Assembly (NCBI RefSeq): GCF_006345805.1
Contig: NC_043009.1
Span: 7,812,001-7,876,000, forward strand
Length of the DNA stretch: 64,000 nt
Source: Octopus sinensis
Taxonomy: Eukaryota
Direction of reading: 5' to 3'
Part shown: positions 50,356 through 63,071 of the stretch, piece by piece
How the letters are laid out: the number at the start of each line of letters is the position of its first letter
Numbering within the stretch: position 1 is the stretch's first letter
The notes under the pieces: model-generated
What the model was told of the DNA's origin: nothing
Seen by the model: the letters and a program-made list of their open reading frames with translations, nothing else
Database searches by the model: none
Translations under genes and position numbers: made by a program

Positions 50356-50545
50356 CAATGCCGGATTTACCATTGTGCTTAGGTGCGCTTAGCACAGGGC
50401 CCTCTATTGAGCAGGGCTGGATCCCATCTTCTTGCCCCCTAATTTTTTTACAATGAATTTCCTGAACATGTATGCCTGACTAGCCAAGTAAGGGGCCTCA
50501 TAGCTTAACTAACACCGGGCCTCAGTTGTCCTAAATCCGGCGCTG
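50356..50545. mobile_element. hAT-like MITE
   Basis: CAATGCCGGATTTA ... TAAATCCGGCGCTG. Flanks CATTTGTG / CACTTATG (6/8 match). Confidence 0.65.
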
Positions 50546-51714
50546 CACTTATGTATAAACTAAATTATTATTCAAGAATTTTTCAAGTCGTTCAGTTCTT
50601 AAATATGAATTGTCATATTTTTAAAAATTTGTGGTGCGCCTATAAACCTCTTGGGAGCATCGTTGGAGGGAATAGTGATGGGTAAACTGCGGCATACGGG
50701 ACATTGTGAAAGCACACCTAACGAAAAATTACCTTAATTTTCTTAGTACTGCGACCCGTTTTGATGATGGAAAATGTCTTATACAGCTGGTAGCGAAATT
50801 TTTTTAATTGAAGATGTTAATGGCACGAAATCGTACATACTTTGCAAAGAAAGACAAAATTTGCACACGAGCAAATATCTGCGTTCAACGACCGCAAAAT
50901 ATTGGCAGAAACATTGTTTGACTTTGTATCGACCTTGGAAAGATGAAAGAAAACGTTGATCTCTGTGGGATTTGAACTCGGCACTTAAAAGGCTATAACA
51001 TTATAACTGCTGACGGTACAATCGATGCCCTAATGATTCTGTCAATCCAAATTGATTTATTCTGGATATTTTAAGTGATATATAAAGTTTTAGCAATGGA
51101 TGTTTCCTTTATCTCGACTGTCTTAAGCTGAACGAACAATGAATTAGATTGAGATCAGTTCTTCTGTTAGCTGCATGTTCTCTCCAAGGAATACATCTCC
51201 ACGAAATTGTTTCTCAGTAAAGCCTATACATTTATATTCTCATATAGAATCTATTGGCGGAGTTTCAGAACTAACACCTCACAGAAACACTTGTTTTCTT
51301 TTTCCCGAAACACTTTTTTTTTTATCGTAATTTTGTTTTCAAAATATTCGGGAAATATATAAGCGTTATGAAGTTTGTATATTCTAAAACGAAGATGAGC
51401 GAGGGAGGTTTAAAATGGAGAAGAGGGGAATGGAAATTTTGGAAAAATATTTTTTTAGTCCCAGCTGTTTAAAACAAAGAAACCCCCTCCCCTCCCAAAA
51501 ACTTTCCAAACATGTACACACACACACACAAATAAATAAATAATAAATAATATAAAGGTTACGCTGAAAGGGTGGTACTTATTCCGAAACTTCGCCAATT
51601 TGTTAATTCAAAATCTCTTACACTAACGTACACACATAGGTATCTATGTTTGTCTCTCTCTACATATAAGTGTGTGTATATGTATGTATGTGTATATATA
51701 TATATATATATATC

Positions 51715-51970
51715 ACACATACGCGAGCGCACGTAGCAAATCCCGCCAACGTTGGTATCTAAGAAAACACGATATCGGTTGAAGCGGATGTATTTTGTTG
51801 ATATTTCAAGACTCGTGTGTATATGTTCGGATATGGGTAGACAACGCAAGTCACGTATTCATGGCCTTCTAATCAACACCACCATACGGATAAATCCATA
51901 TCCAATCCCAGCTAACGTATAAGTATTAATTGTTAAGCCCTAACACTTTCGGTCTGTGATAGACGTATGT
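51715..51970 (+). promoter_or_regulatory. Candidate promoter and first exon of an unidentified host gene
   Basis: CpG-rich unique patch with TCCCGCCAA (E2F-like, 51741) and AGCGGATGT (ETS-like, 51783). A donor-like GTATGT at 51965 is followed by T-rich sequence, and CpG depletion begins about 1 kb downstream. Confidence 0.35.
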
Positions 51971-52161
51971 TATTTTCTTTTCTGTTAGCACTTCTTTGAA
52001 TCGTTTTGTTTACATTGAGGACTATCTTATTTGTTTAAAGTCCTTTGGTGACGACAGTTCCCTCTTTTCGAGCTGATCATTGATATTAACATCGTTCTCT
52101 GACCGTTTTACAAGTCGTATAACTACAGTTTAGTACCCCCAACACGCCTTCGTTTCTTCCC

Positions 52162-52563
52162 TATTTCTTTACTACCCACAAGGGGCTAAACACAGAGGAG
52201 ACAGACAAGGACAGACAGACGGATTAAGTCGATTACATCGACCCCAATGCGTAACTGGTACTTATTTAATCGACCCTGAAAGGATGAAAGGCAAAATCGA
52301 GCTCGGCAGAATTTGAACCCAGAACGTCACGGCAGACGAAATACCTGTTTCTTTACTACCCACAAGGGGTTAAACACAGAGGAGACAAACAAGGACAGAC
52401 AGACGGATTAAGTCGATTATATCGACCGCAGTGCGAAACTGGTACTTAATTTATCGACCCCGAAAGGATGAAAGGCAAAGTCGACCTCGGCGGAATTTGA
52501 ACTCAGAATGTAACGGCAGACGAAATACGGCTGCGCATTTCGCCCGGCGTTGCTAACGTTTCT
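52162..52563 (-). mobile_element. SINE-B dimer
   Basis: Same junction (GAAATACC|T(A/G)TTTC) as the 44-kb array, at 52345/46. Confidence 0.9.
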
Positions 52564-53269
52564 AAAAAAATTGAATGTAAGTTGTCCCCCAAAAATTGAG
52601 TGTACTGACATACATGTACATTAATTGAACTAGTTCAATTGGTACTTTTCAAATGGTACTTTTCAAAAATGGAATTGGCTCTTAAAGACCGAGTGAACCC
52701 ACAGGAGCAACGCCACTACTTCCCATCAGTTCTTAGTCTATAGCTCATTTATAGTGCAAGATTATTGCATTGCTTACATGTAGCTGTGTTGGCTATCCAT
52801 GCTTGTCACCAAAGGGGTGTACCGGACGGCAGTGGCTCCTCACTATTTAATGGTACACCCTCAGATTTAGAAAATACAGTTTACAAAAATCTTCCTGCGA
52901 TACAAATTAATGTCTACCCAGAATCTACTGAAGCATCCCCAGGCTCCAAAGTCAGGTGACGGGCTTGTGGCTATAATGCATCAACATGCAAACACTGACC
53001 GAATTGCCTTCTCAAAGTGTTCGTTACAGTGTCCACACTGTAAGAGCTCATCTTTTGATGCAAGTCTGTAGTGACACTACATAACTTTTCACATAGAATT
53101 TTTTGCATGCAGTGGTGTTAAGAATGGTGTCCTGAAGCAATTGCAACTAGTTATTAAAGGTGTGCTAAGCCTTTTCTTTGTTCTATGTGAATGTCACAAA
53201 ATGTAGCAAAATATCAGTGCTAGCTATAATTTCTGTAGAAATAACCTGAACAAAACTATATATATACAT

Positions 53270-53450
53270 CACTATACCTTTTTCTATTTTCTCTCCCTGT
53301 TTATTTCTGTGTTCCTTTCTGTCGAAGAGCGTAGGCTCGAAACGTAAAAGACCTTCTCCTTTCTCACTTCCCGACCGTTAAACTAATACATCTGTTTGTT
53401 GTTTACACACCTGTCTTCGTCTTTTGTTTTTTTGTAAATTCTCACAATAT
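53270..53450 (+). mobile_element. Penelope-type fragment P2 with hammerhead motif (53313-53351)
   Basis: Near-identical to 12700-12875. Confidence 0.7.
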
Positions 53451-53862
53451 ATATATATATATAAGGGTATGAGGGTATTTTGAAACTACCTCACAGTGAT
53501 GGCTGTGCCCTGTATAGTTATGGGCTGCCCTTTGGCAAGGCATAGCACCTGTCCAGTCACCCTGCCAGAGATATAGCAAAGTGGGATTGCAGCATGGCAG
53601 ATTGTGAAAAGGCAGCAGAAGAGCTCAACTGAGCCAAAAATGCTTCTTACATTGATGCTGAGCAGAGGAATCTTAAATCAACGGTCAGGGTCACCCAGCC
53701 CTCTCAAGAGAGTAACTGCAACACATCCATACAGGTGGCATCCATGGTTGTGTAATTAGCTAATGAAAAATTCACTATGACTCAAGCTCCCAATTTGAAA
53801 TTCATAATAATGGAATTAGATGGGGATAAAGTGATGGGAATTTGTGAAAGCTGGGAAATATC

Positions 53863-54076
53863 TGGTGAGGGATAAATATTTAATAAATAAAATGTTTTTA
53901 TGTGCTACTATTAGTTGCATGTGCTGAGAACAGACCAGTGTTTTTTAACACATCTAGTGTCCTAGCACAATCATCAGACACTGCCCACATGGCATAACAA
54001 AGTTAGTTCTCATCATATGAAACTAATAGCGCATAAAAACATATACTGTGCTTATTAAATATTTCCCTCACCAGAT
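53863..54076. mobile_element. Small hairpin MITE-like element
   Basis: CTGGTGAGGG..AATATTTAATAA...GAGAAC and its inverted copy ending CCCTCACCAG. Confidence 0.5.
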
Positions 54077-54116
54077 AGTGTACTTCTTGTTGATCTTAAC
54101 ATCATGGAACATTACA

Positions 54117-54174
<58 letters not shown>

Positions 54175-54280
54175 ATGTTACAATTACTCAATAGTCAAGA
54201 TAAAACTCTGAGTTTCAGATGCTGAAGTGGAAATCCACAACACCATCTCTTCGGTTATCTGGCCATCTGAAAAAACGCTA
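54175..54280 (-). mobile_element. P4 hammerhead-bearing fragment, CpG-decayed
   Basis: Paralog of 1440-1545 with CG to TG/CA changes. Confidence 0.65.
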
Positions 54281-54879
54281 TGAAAAAATACTGTTATATA
54301 AAGGGAAATTACTGTGTTATAATTATATAAAATAAGATTAAAATTTCATAGTAAAACACGTAAAACATGGCTAGTCATATGCTTACATGTGCTCTCGCAG
54401 ATCCACGTGCGTACTTATACGTCACTATGAAAACGTACACATCTTCACTCGCATTTTTCGCCAAATATATACGCATATATATACAAACTCATACACACAC
54501 ACGCATGCGTACCGTAAAATACGCACAAGCACAAGAAAAACCATGGTTAAAGGTAACATAAAAAAAACATAAGGAAGTATACAAAGCATAAAAACCATAT
54601 AAACATTACTATTATTAGTAGCAATAGTGGTAATAGTTATCCTTGAAACATTTGATAGTATTGCTCTAGATGACCCTAAACAGATGAAGTGGTCAGGGTT
54701 GGAATGCCTTTCACTGGAACCTTACTTGATCAGGGCTGACTTGGAGCTAAACACTATCAAGTTGTACATAAAGAAGGTGATTAGAAACATGAATTGACAT
54801 GAAAATATTCCATTCCTAAATAAAGCCATGATGGCTAAAAGAAACCGCTTTCCAATAATTTCTGAAAAAGATAAGATGG

Positions 54880-55085
54880 TGAGGTGACAGAAATGTTAGC
54901 ATGCCAGGCAAAATGCTTAGCGGCATTTCATGTCTTTACATTCCGAGTTCAAATTCCACTGGAGTTGACTCTGCCTTTCATACTTTCAGAGTCGATAAAA
55001 TAAGTACCAGTTGAACACTGGGGTCAAAGAACTCAATTTACCCCCTCCCAAGAAATTGCAGGCCTTGTGCCAAAATTTGAAACCA
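54880..55085 (+). mobile_element. SINE-B variant, CpG-decayed
   Basis: Recognisable body with most CpGs lost. Confidence 0.75.
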
Positions 55086-55714
55086 ATAATTTCTGGAAAA
55101 GTTGTCAACTACCAACCTTCTAAACTGATGAATAAACCTCTGTTATTGTATTCTGTTAGAAATAGCAACCAAATCTAACTTAAACCATACAAAATCATCT
55201 TTAAAAAATGGGAACACAGTATTACTTTTGATCATAGATTATAGTTCACCTGACCTGGATGACACCTAATCCAAAGCTAAAGAGCAATTAGAACTAATGT
55301 TTCTGTTACTGTCCACCAGTGATATATGGGGAAATTACAATCCCTGCGGAATTTGAGCTCAGAATATAGACCAAAGTAACCATGTGCTACAAGACATGTA
55401 TTTATGAACTGGCCTTCTAGTATTTCTGTTATTTCTTCTGCTCTGACTGAATACAAGTTAATTATTATAATTTATTTTCCCACTGATCAAATGCATTGCA
55501 TTTCATTAGATTTGTATTAATGTGAAGGTAGCTGTTCAGATATTTCTCAAGTTTATATTCCCTTTGTTAACAAGGTGAAATATGAAACCAACAGCACAGT
55601 CTCTGTGGGGTCTTTTGACTTGTTACAAATAGCAACTAGATTTCTCAAATCCTACCAAACTTCCTTAAAAAGAAGGGGAGGAGACAATGGGCAATGTAAT
55701 CTTAAGATATATAG

Positions 55715-55857
55715 AGTGGCTGTGTGGTTATAAGAACATGGTTCTGGGTTCAGTCCCACTGTGTGGCACCTTGGGTAAGTATCTTCTACTATAGCCTCAG
55801 ACCAACCAAAGCTTTGTGAGTAGATTTGGTTGATGGAAACTGAAAGAGCCTGTCGTG
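55715..55857 (+). mobile_element. SINE-A head
   Basis: Ends at the internal microsatellite position. Confidence 0.75.
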
Positions 55858-55859
55858 TA

Positions 55860-56175
55860 CATTGGGTCATTCCATAAATAATGCATTTTTTTAATACTTT
55901 TATTTTTCAAAATTAAGATAAACAAAGTTCTTTTTTAATCTCAGATATACTCTCCTTGATTTTCTACAATGCTCTTCTATCTATCTGGCAGACTTGCAAG
56001 GCCCCTCTTCCAAAATTCATTTGTCCGTGATGAAAAATACTCCTCCAGTACTTTTCTGACTTCATCTACAGAATTCATATTTTTTCCATCCAGAGGATTT
56101 TGAAGACTGCAAAATAAATAATTACACAACCATGGATTTAAAGTTCAAAGTGGACTAAACCTTTCATAACCCACG
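55860..56175 (-). mobile_element. Mariner remnant (C-terminus and one end)
   Basis: Reverse translation YLFCSLQNPLDGKNMNSVDEVRKVLEEYFSSRTNEFWKRGLASLPDR. TA at 55858-59. Confidence 0.75.
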
Positions 56176-56938
56176 AAACAGATAATAATATCTTATGTGG
56201 GTGAAGATCTTTAACCTGGAGTGCTGGTGTTTCTCTTTTTCCTACCCACTGTCTTTGGCACTTGGACAGTTTGATCAGAGCTAGGGAACTGCACCAGACT
56301 CCAGTTTGATTTAGTATGGTTTCTATGGCTGGGTGCCCTTCCTAATGCCAACCATTTTACAGTGTGTGCTTGATGCTTTTACATGGCATCAAACTGGTGC
56401 TTTTTTGGGGCACTGCATGGGTGCTTTTACATGACACCACACAGGCACTTTTATGTGACACTGCCATGAATGGTTTTCCCCGCCAGAGGGGCTGGTCATA
56501 ACACTTCTGCTGAAGAGTATGGGTCTTCTTGAGTACAGTAACATATATACATATGTATGTAAAAAAGCTATCTTTAGGTCTAACCTAACACAAATGTTTT
56601 GTCAGAATACCAAATACTGCATTATCGCCCTTGAGAGATCTTCTCATTATTGGTGTTTGGTGTATAACAGTACAGAAATCATCAATGGACAGCATCCGGT
56701 TACTGCATGCCAGTTAAATCGCATTGCTATGATATATACAATATGAGTATCTTTACAGACACTGTCACAAATAGTCAGCAAGATTATTAAAAATTGATTA
56801 TTAGTGATGGAAGTAATATCAATTATAAAAGATAGTCTTTATGGCCAACTTACCATGGATGCCTTCTTGGAACTCTGAATATTGAGTTATTGTCCTTGGG
56901 TGATCTCCTATTGGTACTTGTTGCATAGAAGCACACAT

Positions 56939-57092
56939 ATACACATAGATTGTAGTAGCTGAGAAACATCTGTTATAGGCACTGGATTTCCTGTATCACA
57001 TGATTTCATTCTGTTGGAAATTATCAGTGGGAAGCATCTTGAATTCTGGTATCTATGACAGACAATTCTCATCAGCTACAATCTATGTGTAT
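56939..57092 (-). ncRNA. Decayed long-stem hammerhead-like three-way junction
   Basis: 17-bp perfect stem I, CUGAUGA, GAAUU/AAUUC stem II, AAGA in place of GAAA, extended stem III, CUA triplet. Confidence 0.4.
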
Positions 57093-57239
57093 GCTTTTTT
57101 GCACCAAGTGCCTATATGAAGTGATCTCTCAAGTTTAACAATGCAACATTTGATGTTCTACCAAAACATCGATGTTAAGTTGGATATAAAAATTGTCTTT
57201 AGGTATTAATACCATTTCAAGCAATAATAATAATAATAA

Positions 57240-57435
57240 TCTTTTCTACTCTAGGCACAAGGGCCCGAAATTTTGGGGGAGGGAGCCAGTCGATTAGATC
57301 AATCCCAAGTATACAATTGGTACTTAATTTATCGGCCCCGAAAGGATGAAAGGCAAAGTCGACCTCGGTGGAATTTGAACTCAGAACGCAACGGCAGACG
57401 AAATACGGCTACGCATTTTGCCCGGCATGCTAATG
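57240..57435 (-). mobile_element. SINE-B variant
   Basis: Most CpGs are retained, so probably a younger insertion. Confidence 0.8.
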
Positions 57436-58039
57436 ATAATAATATATACATATACATACATACGTAATGTAATGTAATGTAAAAGCAATGCAACTACACA
57501 TGTGCTGTTGGTGTTTTTTCTTTTTACTTTCTTTGGACGTTTCTGTTTTCTTTTCTGACAAAGCTAGGCTCAAAACATCAAAAACTCTCTCTTATTACCG
57601 AGCGTCAAATTGATACATGTCCGTCTATGTCCTTCCAACTGATTTGGAGTACCAGATTCATGGATTTTTTACTCTACCCTTGGATTATGTTACCTTTAAA
57701 TTCTTTTGGACTACGTCATTTCTGCATCTTTGATTTTATTTATATATATATATATAATTTCAATCATACTTAATGTATAATATACAGATTGCTATTAAAC
57801 TCTAATACTGCACATAATGAGTGAGTGTATAAGGGCTTCTGCACTGTTACTGTCTACCAAATTCTAAGCATGAGATACTAGTCAACCTGAGACTATAGTA
57901 GAAGGATGTTACCCAAAATGTATGCTGTAGGATTGAACCTGGAATCAGATAGTTGAGAAGCAAACTTAACTAGACAGCCATACGTGAACCTTACACTTCA
58001 CAAGTGTGCAAATTGGATGAAAGTTGGTTTTATTTATTT

Positions 58040-58390
58040 TATTCTTTTACTTGTTTCAGTCATTTGACTGTGGCCATGCTGGAGCACTGGCTTTAGTCGC
58101 ACAAATTGACCCCAGGACTTATTCTTTGTAAGCCTAGTACTTATTCTATCAGTCTCTTTTGCTGAACTAAGTTATGGGGACGTAAACACACCATCAGTTG
58201 TCAAGTGATGGTGGGGACACACACTCACACACAATGGGCTTCTTTCAGTTTCCATCTGCCAAATCCACTCACAAGGCTTTAGTCAGCCCAAGGCTATAGT
58301 AGAAGACATTTGCCCAAAGTGCCTGTAGTGGAACCGAACCTGGAACCATGTGGTTGGGAAGCGAATTTCTTACCACACAGCCACTCCTGT
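58040..58390 (-). mobile_element. SINE-A, CpG-decayed
   Basis: Full-length, with many CG to TG/CA substitutions. Confidence 0.85.
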
Positions 58391-58984
58391 TTATTTTTTT
58401 TTTTTTGTTAATTTATTTCCTGATGCCATAGCAGAATGGAGACCTTAGTACACTCACACACACATATCTTTACTGCTGACATTATTTTAAAGATAACGAG
58501 AAAAGAAATAAAGAACATGGTAAAAAAAAATCACTGAAGAAATATTATGAACATAAAGATTGTCATTTTTCAGATTCATAAATTGAAAAAGAATTTTCTT
58601 TTGATAAATTTTCTTGTCAGTCATAAATAAATGATATTATATATATATATATATATTGATTTTTATATTTTTTCACTTATAATTCAGACATTATTTTGCA
58701 GCCTTACCAGGGCACTGTCTTCAAGGATTTTGTTTTTCCCTTTTATTTATTTATTTTCTTTTAGTCAACTATATTAACACTATTTCAGTTAGGTACTTAT
58801 TTTATAAGTGTGAGGGTTAGCAGAAGTAAAGGCATCAAGCTGTAGAAACCCACAACAAATTCTGTCCAATCAATGCAAGCATGGAAAAGTGGACATTGAA
58901 ATGATGAGGTTATGATTTGTGGGAGATTTGGCTACTGTTTTTGGTAGGTCAAGCTGTTACAGAATCTCCCTCATTAGCTGTTTT

Positions 58985-59165
58985 TCTGTCTTAGAATCAC
59001 CATTAGTCAAATAAAGGTTTGGGTCCGAAATTCCACAAGAACACCTGATTAAGGCTGGAGAGTACATCAGCTGAAACGTTGTGATAACAACAAACAAGAT
59101 GGGGACACCTATCCATCCATTATAAATAATGTAAATAATTTCTCATCTCAAAAATATAGAAAGAG
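58985..59165 (+). mobile_element. P3 body with mutated hammerhead (59040-59084)
   Basis: ACAC CTGATTA A GGCTG..CAGCT GAAAC GTT GTG; no tRNA head here. Confidence 0.7.
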
Positions 59166-59270
59166 TAATGTGTTTTAATGAAACTATGGTAACAGAATTA
59201 CAGTGTAAAATAGCATCAAGTTGCATTCTTTTATGTCAAAGATTATTGAGCTATTTTATAAATGCTGATT

Positions 59271-59485
59271 ATTAACTGTTTAAACTGGCCATATCTGACC
59301 AAAATATTTTACCTGTTTTATCTTTGAACTAGCCATATCTGGTCTCTCATACTTACCCAACAATATTATTCTAAAAACAAACAATTACGTCTTTGGAATT
59401 TCAAACCTACAAGGTAATACTAATTCATATCAATTTGAATAAATAAGCATTATATTGACAGAGAAATCTGAATGCTAAAGGGTTA
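59271..59485. mobile_element. piggyBac-type MITE, decayed
   Basis: Ends GAATGCTAAAGGG|TTAA. TTAA is also present at the left end. Confidence 0.5.
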
Positions 59486-60014
59486 AAATAAGCACTGGAA
59501 GTCCAATAAGATCAACTAAAAACACTTTGAATGTGGTACCTTAGTGTGACCACTGTCCAGTGACTGAAACAGTCTGTCAGTTCTATATCATTATTACAAA
59601 ATTGCAGCATTTATCCTTATTTAACACTTAGAGATAGTAGTGAAATTATGGCAGGGACTGTAGTGTACCTGGCTATGTGTGCCTTGATGTATTCCATTTT
59701 AACTTTATCAGCTGGATTATCTTTTCTTTCTACAGAAAGAGCCTTTGTGTGGTTGTTTGACATGTTAGAAATAGCTGTTGAATCTACCTTGAATCAAACC
59801 CTACTGTCTTAGGTTTTAAATGCTAAATAATGTAGTCCCAGATGGGCATGGTTGGAATGCATTTGATAGTAGATTTGCTCCATCAAAATTGACTTGAATT
59901 TGATCAGCTTTGCTTTCATCAATAAAAAGAAAAATCTTTATCTGACAATGAAGCCTCTATATAGTTACTTAAACTGTTAGAAATAGCAGCCAAATCACAA
60001 CATAATGGTTTCAC

Positions 60015-60200
60015 GTTTTGACACTAGGCCAGCAATTTCAGGAGAGGAGCTAAGTTGATTACATTGACCCCCACACCAGTGCTCAACTGGTACTTATTTT
60101 ATCGACCTCTGAAAGGATGAAAGTTAAAGTCAACCTCAGTGGAATTTGAACTCAGAATGTAAAGATAGATGAAATGCCACTTGGCATTTTGCCTGGCATA
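60015..60200 (-). mobile_element. SINE-B variant, CpG-decayed
   Basis: Recognisable body. Confidence 0.7.
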
Positions 60201-60944
60201 AAAGATAAGATACATTGGAATCATGAAAACGTTCAGAAATATCGTCTAACATAAGGTGGGGAGGATCATAGCTAGAATGCCTTGGATCATAGGTTTACCT
60301 GATCAGAGCTAACCTTGGGCTAAATAAAAATAACAGCAACCATGAGAATTAATTGAATATAAATACATCATATCATGTAATATATTGCTTAGTTAGCGAA
60401 ATGTAATAAAACACCAGCCATGATTTTGATAATAAAATGTGAGTCATATCATTCTAAAATGAGAGAGAGAAGAATGTAATTCTTTCAATTTTCCCAAATG
60501 ATTTGATTGAATTCAAGCTTAAATTAAGTTTACCTGATCACTTGATGTCATATTTCAACAGAGATAATTCCATATGCTATGCTCACTTTCTTTTTCTGTA
60601 AACTAGAAGATTTAAATACAAATGCAAGAAAACATTGATCAGTTATCACTAAAAAATGTTTACATTAGAGAAATGACATAGAAACATTTTTATATACTCA
60701 TCATTGTATTTATCTTGGATAATAAGAATTTATCTTCAGCTTTTGATTTAAAATTTCTGTTTATTCATTGTGTTTGACATTGATATATGTATAAAAGCTA
60801 ATGATTACTCTTGGCTGTGTGGTTAAGAAGTTTGGTTCAGAATCAGGTGGTCTTTAGGTTGTTCAATGCCCTATGAATAGAAATGGAAGATGGACACATG
60901 AAAGCCTGCTGTGTGTGTGTGTGTGTACATATATATATATATAT

Positions 60945-61179
60945 ATCATCATCATCCTCGTTTAATGTCTGTTTTCCATGGCATGGGTTGGATGGTTTGA
61001 CTGGAGACTGGCAAGCCAGGAGGCCGCACCAGGCTCCAATCTGATCTGGCAATGTTTCTACAGCTTGATGCCTTTCCTAACGCCAACCACTCTGAGAGTG
61101 TCGTGGGTGCATTTTTATGTGCCACTGGCAGGTAGAACTTGCATCAGCCATGTTTGGATGGTGCTTTTTACATGCCACC
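60945..61179 (-). mobile_element. RTE LINE 3' end (antisense)
   Basis: Reverse complement of about 62630-62900, with a (GAT)n tail. Confidence 0.8.
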
Positions 61180-62900
61180 AGGAGAAGACAGCTGCAGAAG
61201 AAATACCTAACCAAAGATAAACCTCTGTACCTGGCTTTCGTTGACATGGAGAAAGCCTCTGACAAGGTCCCCCAATCCCTTATCTGGTGGTCAATGTGGA
61301 AACTAGGGATAGATGAGTGGTTAGTGAGAGCTGTACAAGCCATGTACAGGGAAGCTGTCAGTAAAATGAGGGTTGGCAATGAGTACAGTGAAGAATTCTG
61401 GGTAGGGGTCCACCAAGGATCAGTCCTCAGCCCCCTCTTATTCATCATAGTCCTCCAGGCAAGGACAGAGGAATTCAAGACAGGATGCCCCTGGGAGCTT
61501 CTCTATGCTGATGATCTTGCTCTTTTAGCTGTCGCTATCAGAACTGGAGAAGTTTCAGGTAGAATCAAAGGGCCTTAGAGTCAATCTAGTAAAAACCAAA
61601 GTTTTAATAAGTAGGAAGGTAGACAAACCATAAATCCCTTCAGATAGATGGCCCTGCTTGATCTGTAGAAAAGGCATAGGTAGAAACTCCATAAGATGTA
61701 CCTGGTGTAAGATATGGACATGCAAGAGGTGCAGCAATATCAAAGGAAGGCTAACTGGGAAGATAGTTTTTGTGTGGCAAATGCTCAGGAGCAATAAACA
61801 CGGAAAATGTGCAGCTTCTGTCGTATTCCAGGGGGGAAAATTACAAGTAGTTGATAGCTTCTGTTACCTAGGTGACCAGGTCAGTAGCAGGGGTGGTTAC
61901 TCTGAAAGTGTAGCTGCTAGAATAAGAATAGCCTGGGCAAAGTTCAGAGAGCTCCTACCTCTTATGGTGACAAAGGGCCTCTTGCTCAGAGTAAAAGGTA
62001 GACTGTATGATGCATGTGTGCGAACAGCCATGCTACATGGCAGTGAAACATGGGCCATGACTGCTGAAGACATGCGTAAGCTTGCAAGGATTGAAGCTAG
62101 TATGCTCTGCTGGATGTGTAATGTCAGTGTGCATACACAGCAGAGTGTAAGCGTCCTGAGAGAAAAGTTGGACGTAGGAAGTATTAGATGTGGTGTGCAA
62201 GAGAGACGACCACGTTGGTATGGTCACATGTTGCGTATGGATGAGGACAGCTGTGTGAAAAAGTGTCACACCTAGCAGTTGAGGGAACCTGTGGGAGAGG
62301 TAGACCCAGGAAGACCTGAGATGAAGTGATGAAGCATGACCTCCGACTGTTGGGCCTCATTGAGGCGATGACACATGACCGAGACCTTTGGAGATTTGCT
62401 GTACTTGAGAAGACCCGGCAAGCCAAGTGAGACTGTAACCGTGTCCTATGCAAGTGCAGTATAATCAGCCCATTTGAGAACATCCTTCAATCATTGGGCA
62501 ATAAACTGCTCTTGCAATGACCTGTTGAGGCAAGTTAAGTCATCGTTGTGGTTGATGACAGTACTGCCTGATTGGCACCCATGTCAGTGGCACGTAAAAC
62601 GCACAATTCGAGTATGGTCGTTGCCAGTGCTGCCTGAATGGATCCCATGCCAGTGGTATGTGAAAAGCACCATTCAAGTGTTGCCGATGCCAGTGCTGCC
62701 CAACTGGCCCTTGTACTGGTGGCATGTAAAAAGCACCCACTACACTCTCAGAATGGTTGGTGTTAGGAAGGGCATCCAGCTGTAGAAACATTGTCAGATC
62801 AGATTGGAGCCTGGTGCAGCTTTCAGGCTTGCCAGCCCTCAGTCAAACTGTCCAACCCATGCCAGCATGGAAAGTAGACATGAAACGATGATTATGATGA
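61180..62900 (+). mobile_element. 5'-truncated RTE-clade LINE (decayed reverse transcriptase and 3'UTR)
   Basis: LYLAFVDMEKASDKVP, GVHQGSVLSPLLFIIVLQ, ELLYADDL, VVDSFCYLGD, LYDACVRTAMLHGSETW, followed by a (GAT)n-type tail. Confidence 0.9.
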
Positions 62901-62904
62901 CATA

Positions 62905-63050
62905 CAACAGGTTTCTTTCAGTTTCTATCTACCAAATCCACTAATGAAGTTTTGGTTGGTCCAAAGCTATAGAAGACATCTGCCCAAGGTGTCACACAGT
63001 AGGACGAACCCAGAACCATGTAATTAGAAAGCAGACTTCTTACCACACCT
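62905..63050 (-). mobile_element. SINE-A head
   Basis: Abuts the RTE tail at its microsatellite position. Confidence 0.7.
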
Positions 63051-63071
63051 TTATATTTACGAGTGTATGTA

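Noticed and set aside
53025-53095. CPHC...HYITFH zinc-finger-like translation
   Set aside because: It has in-frame stops and non-standard spacing and cannot be assigned.
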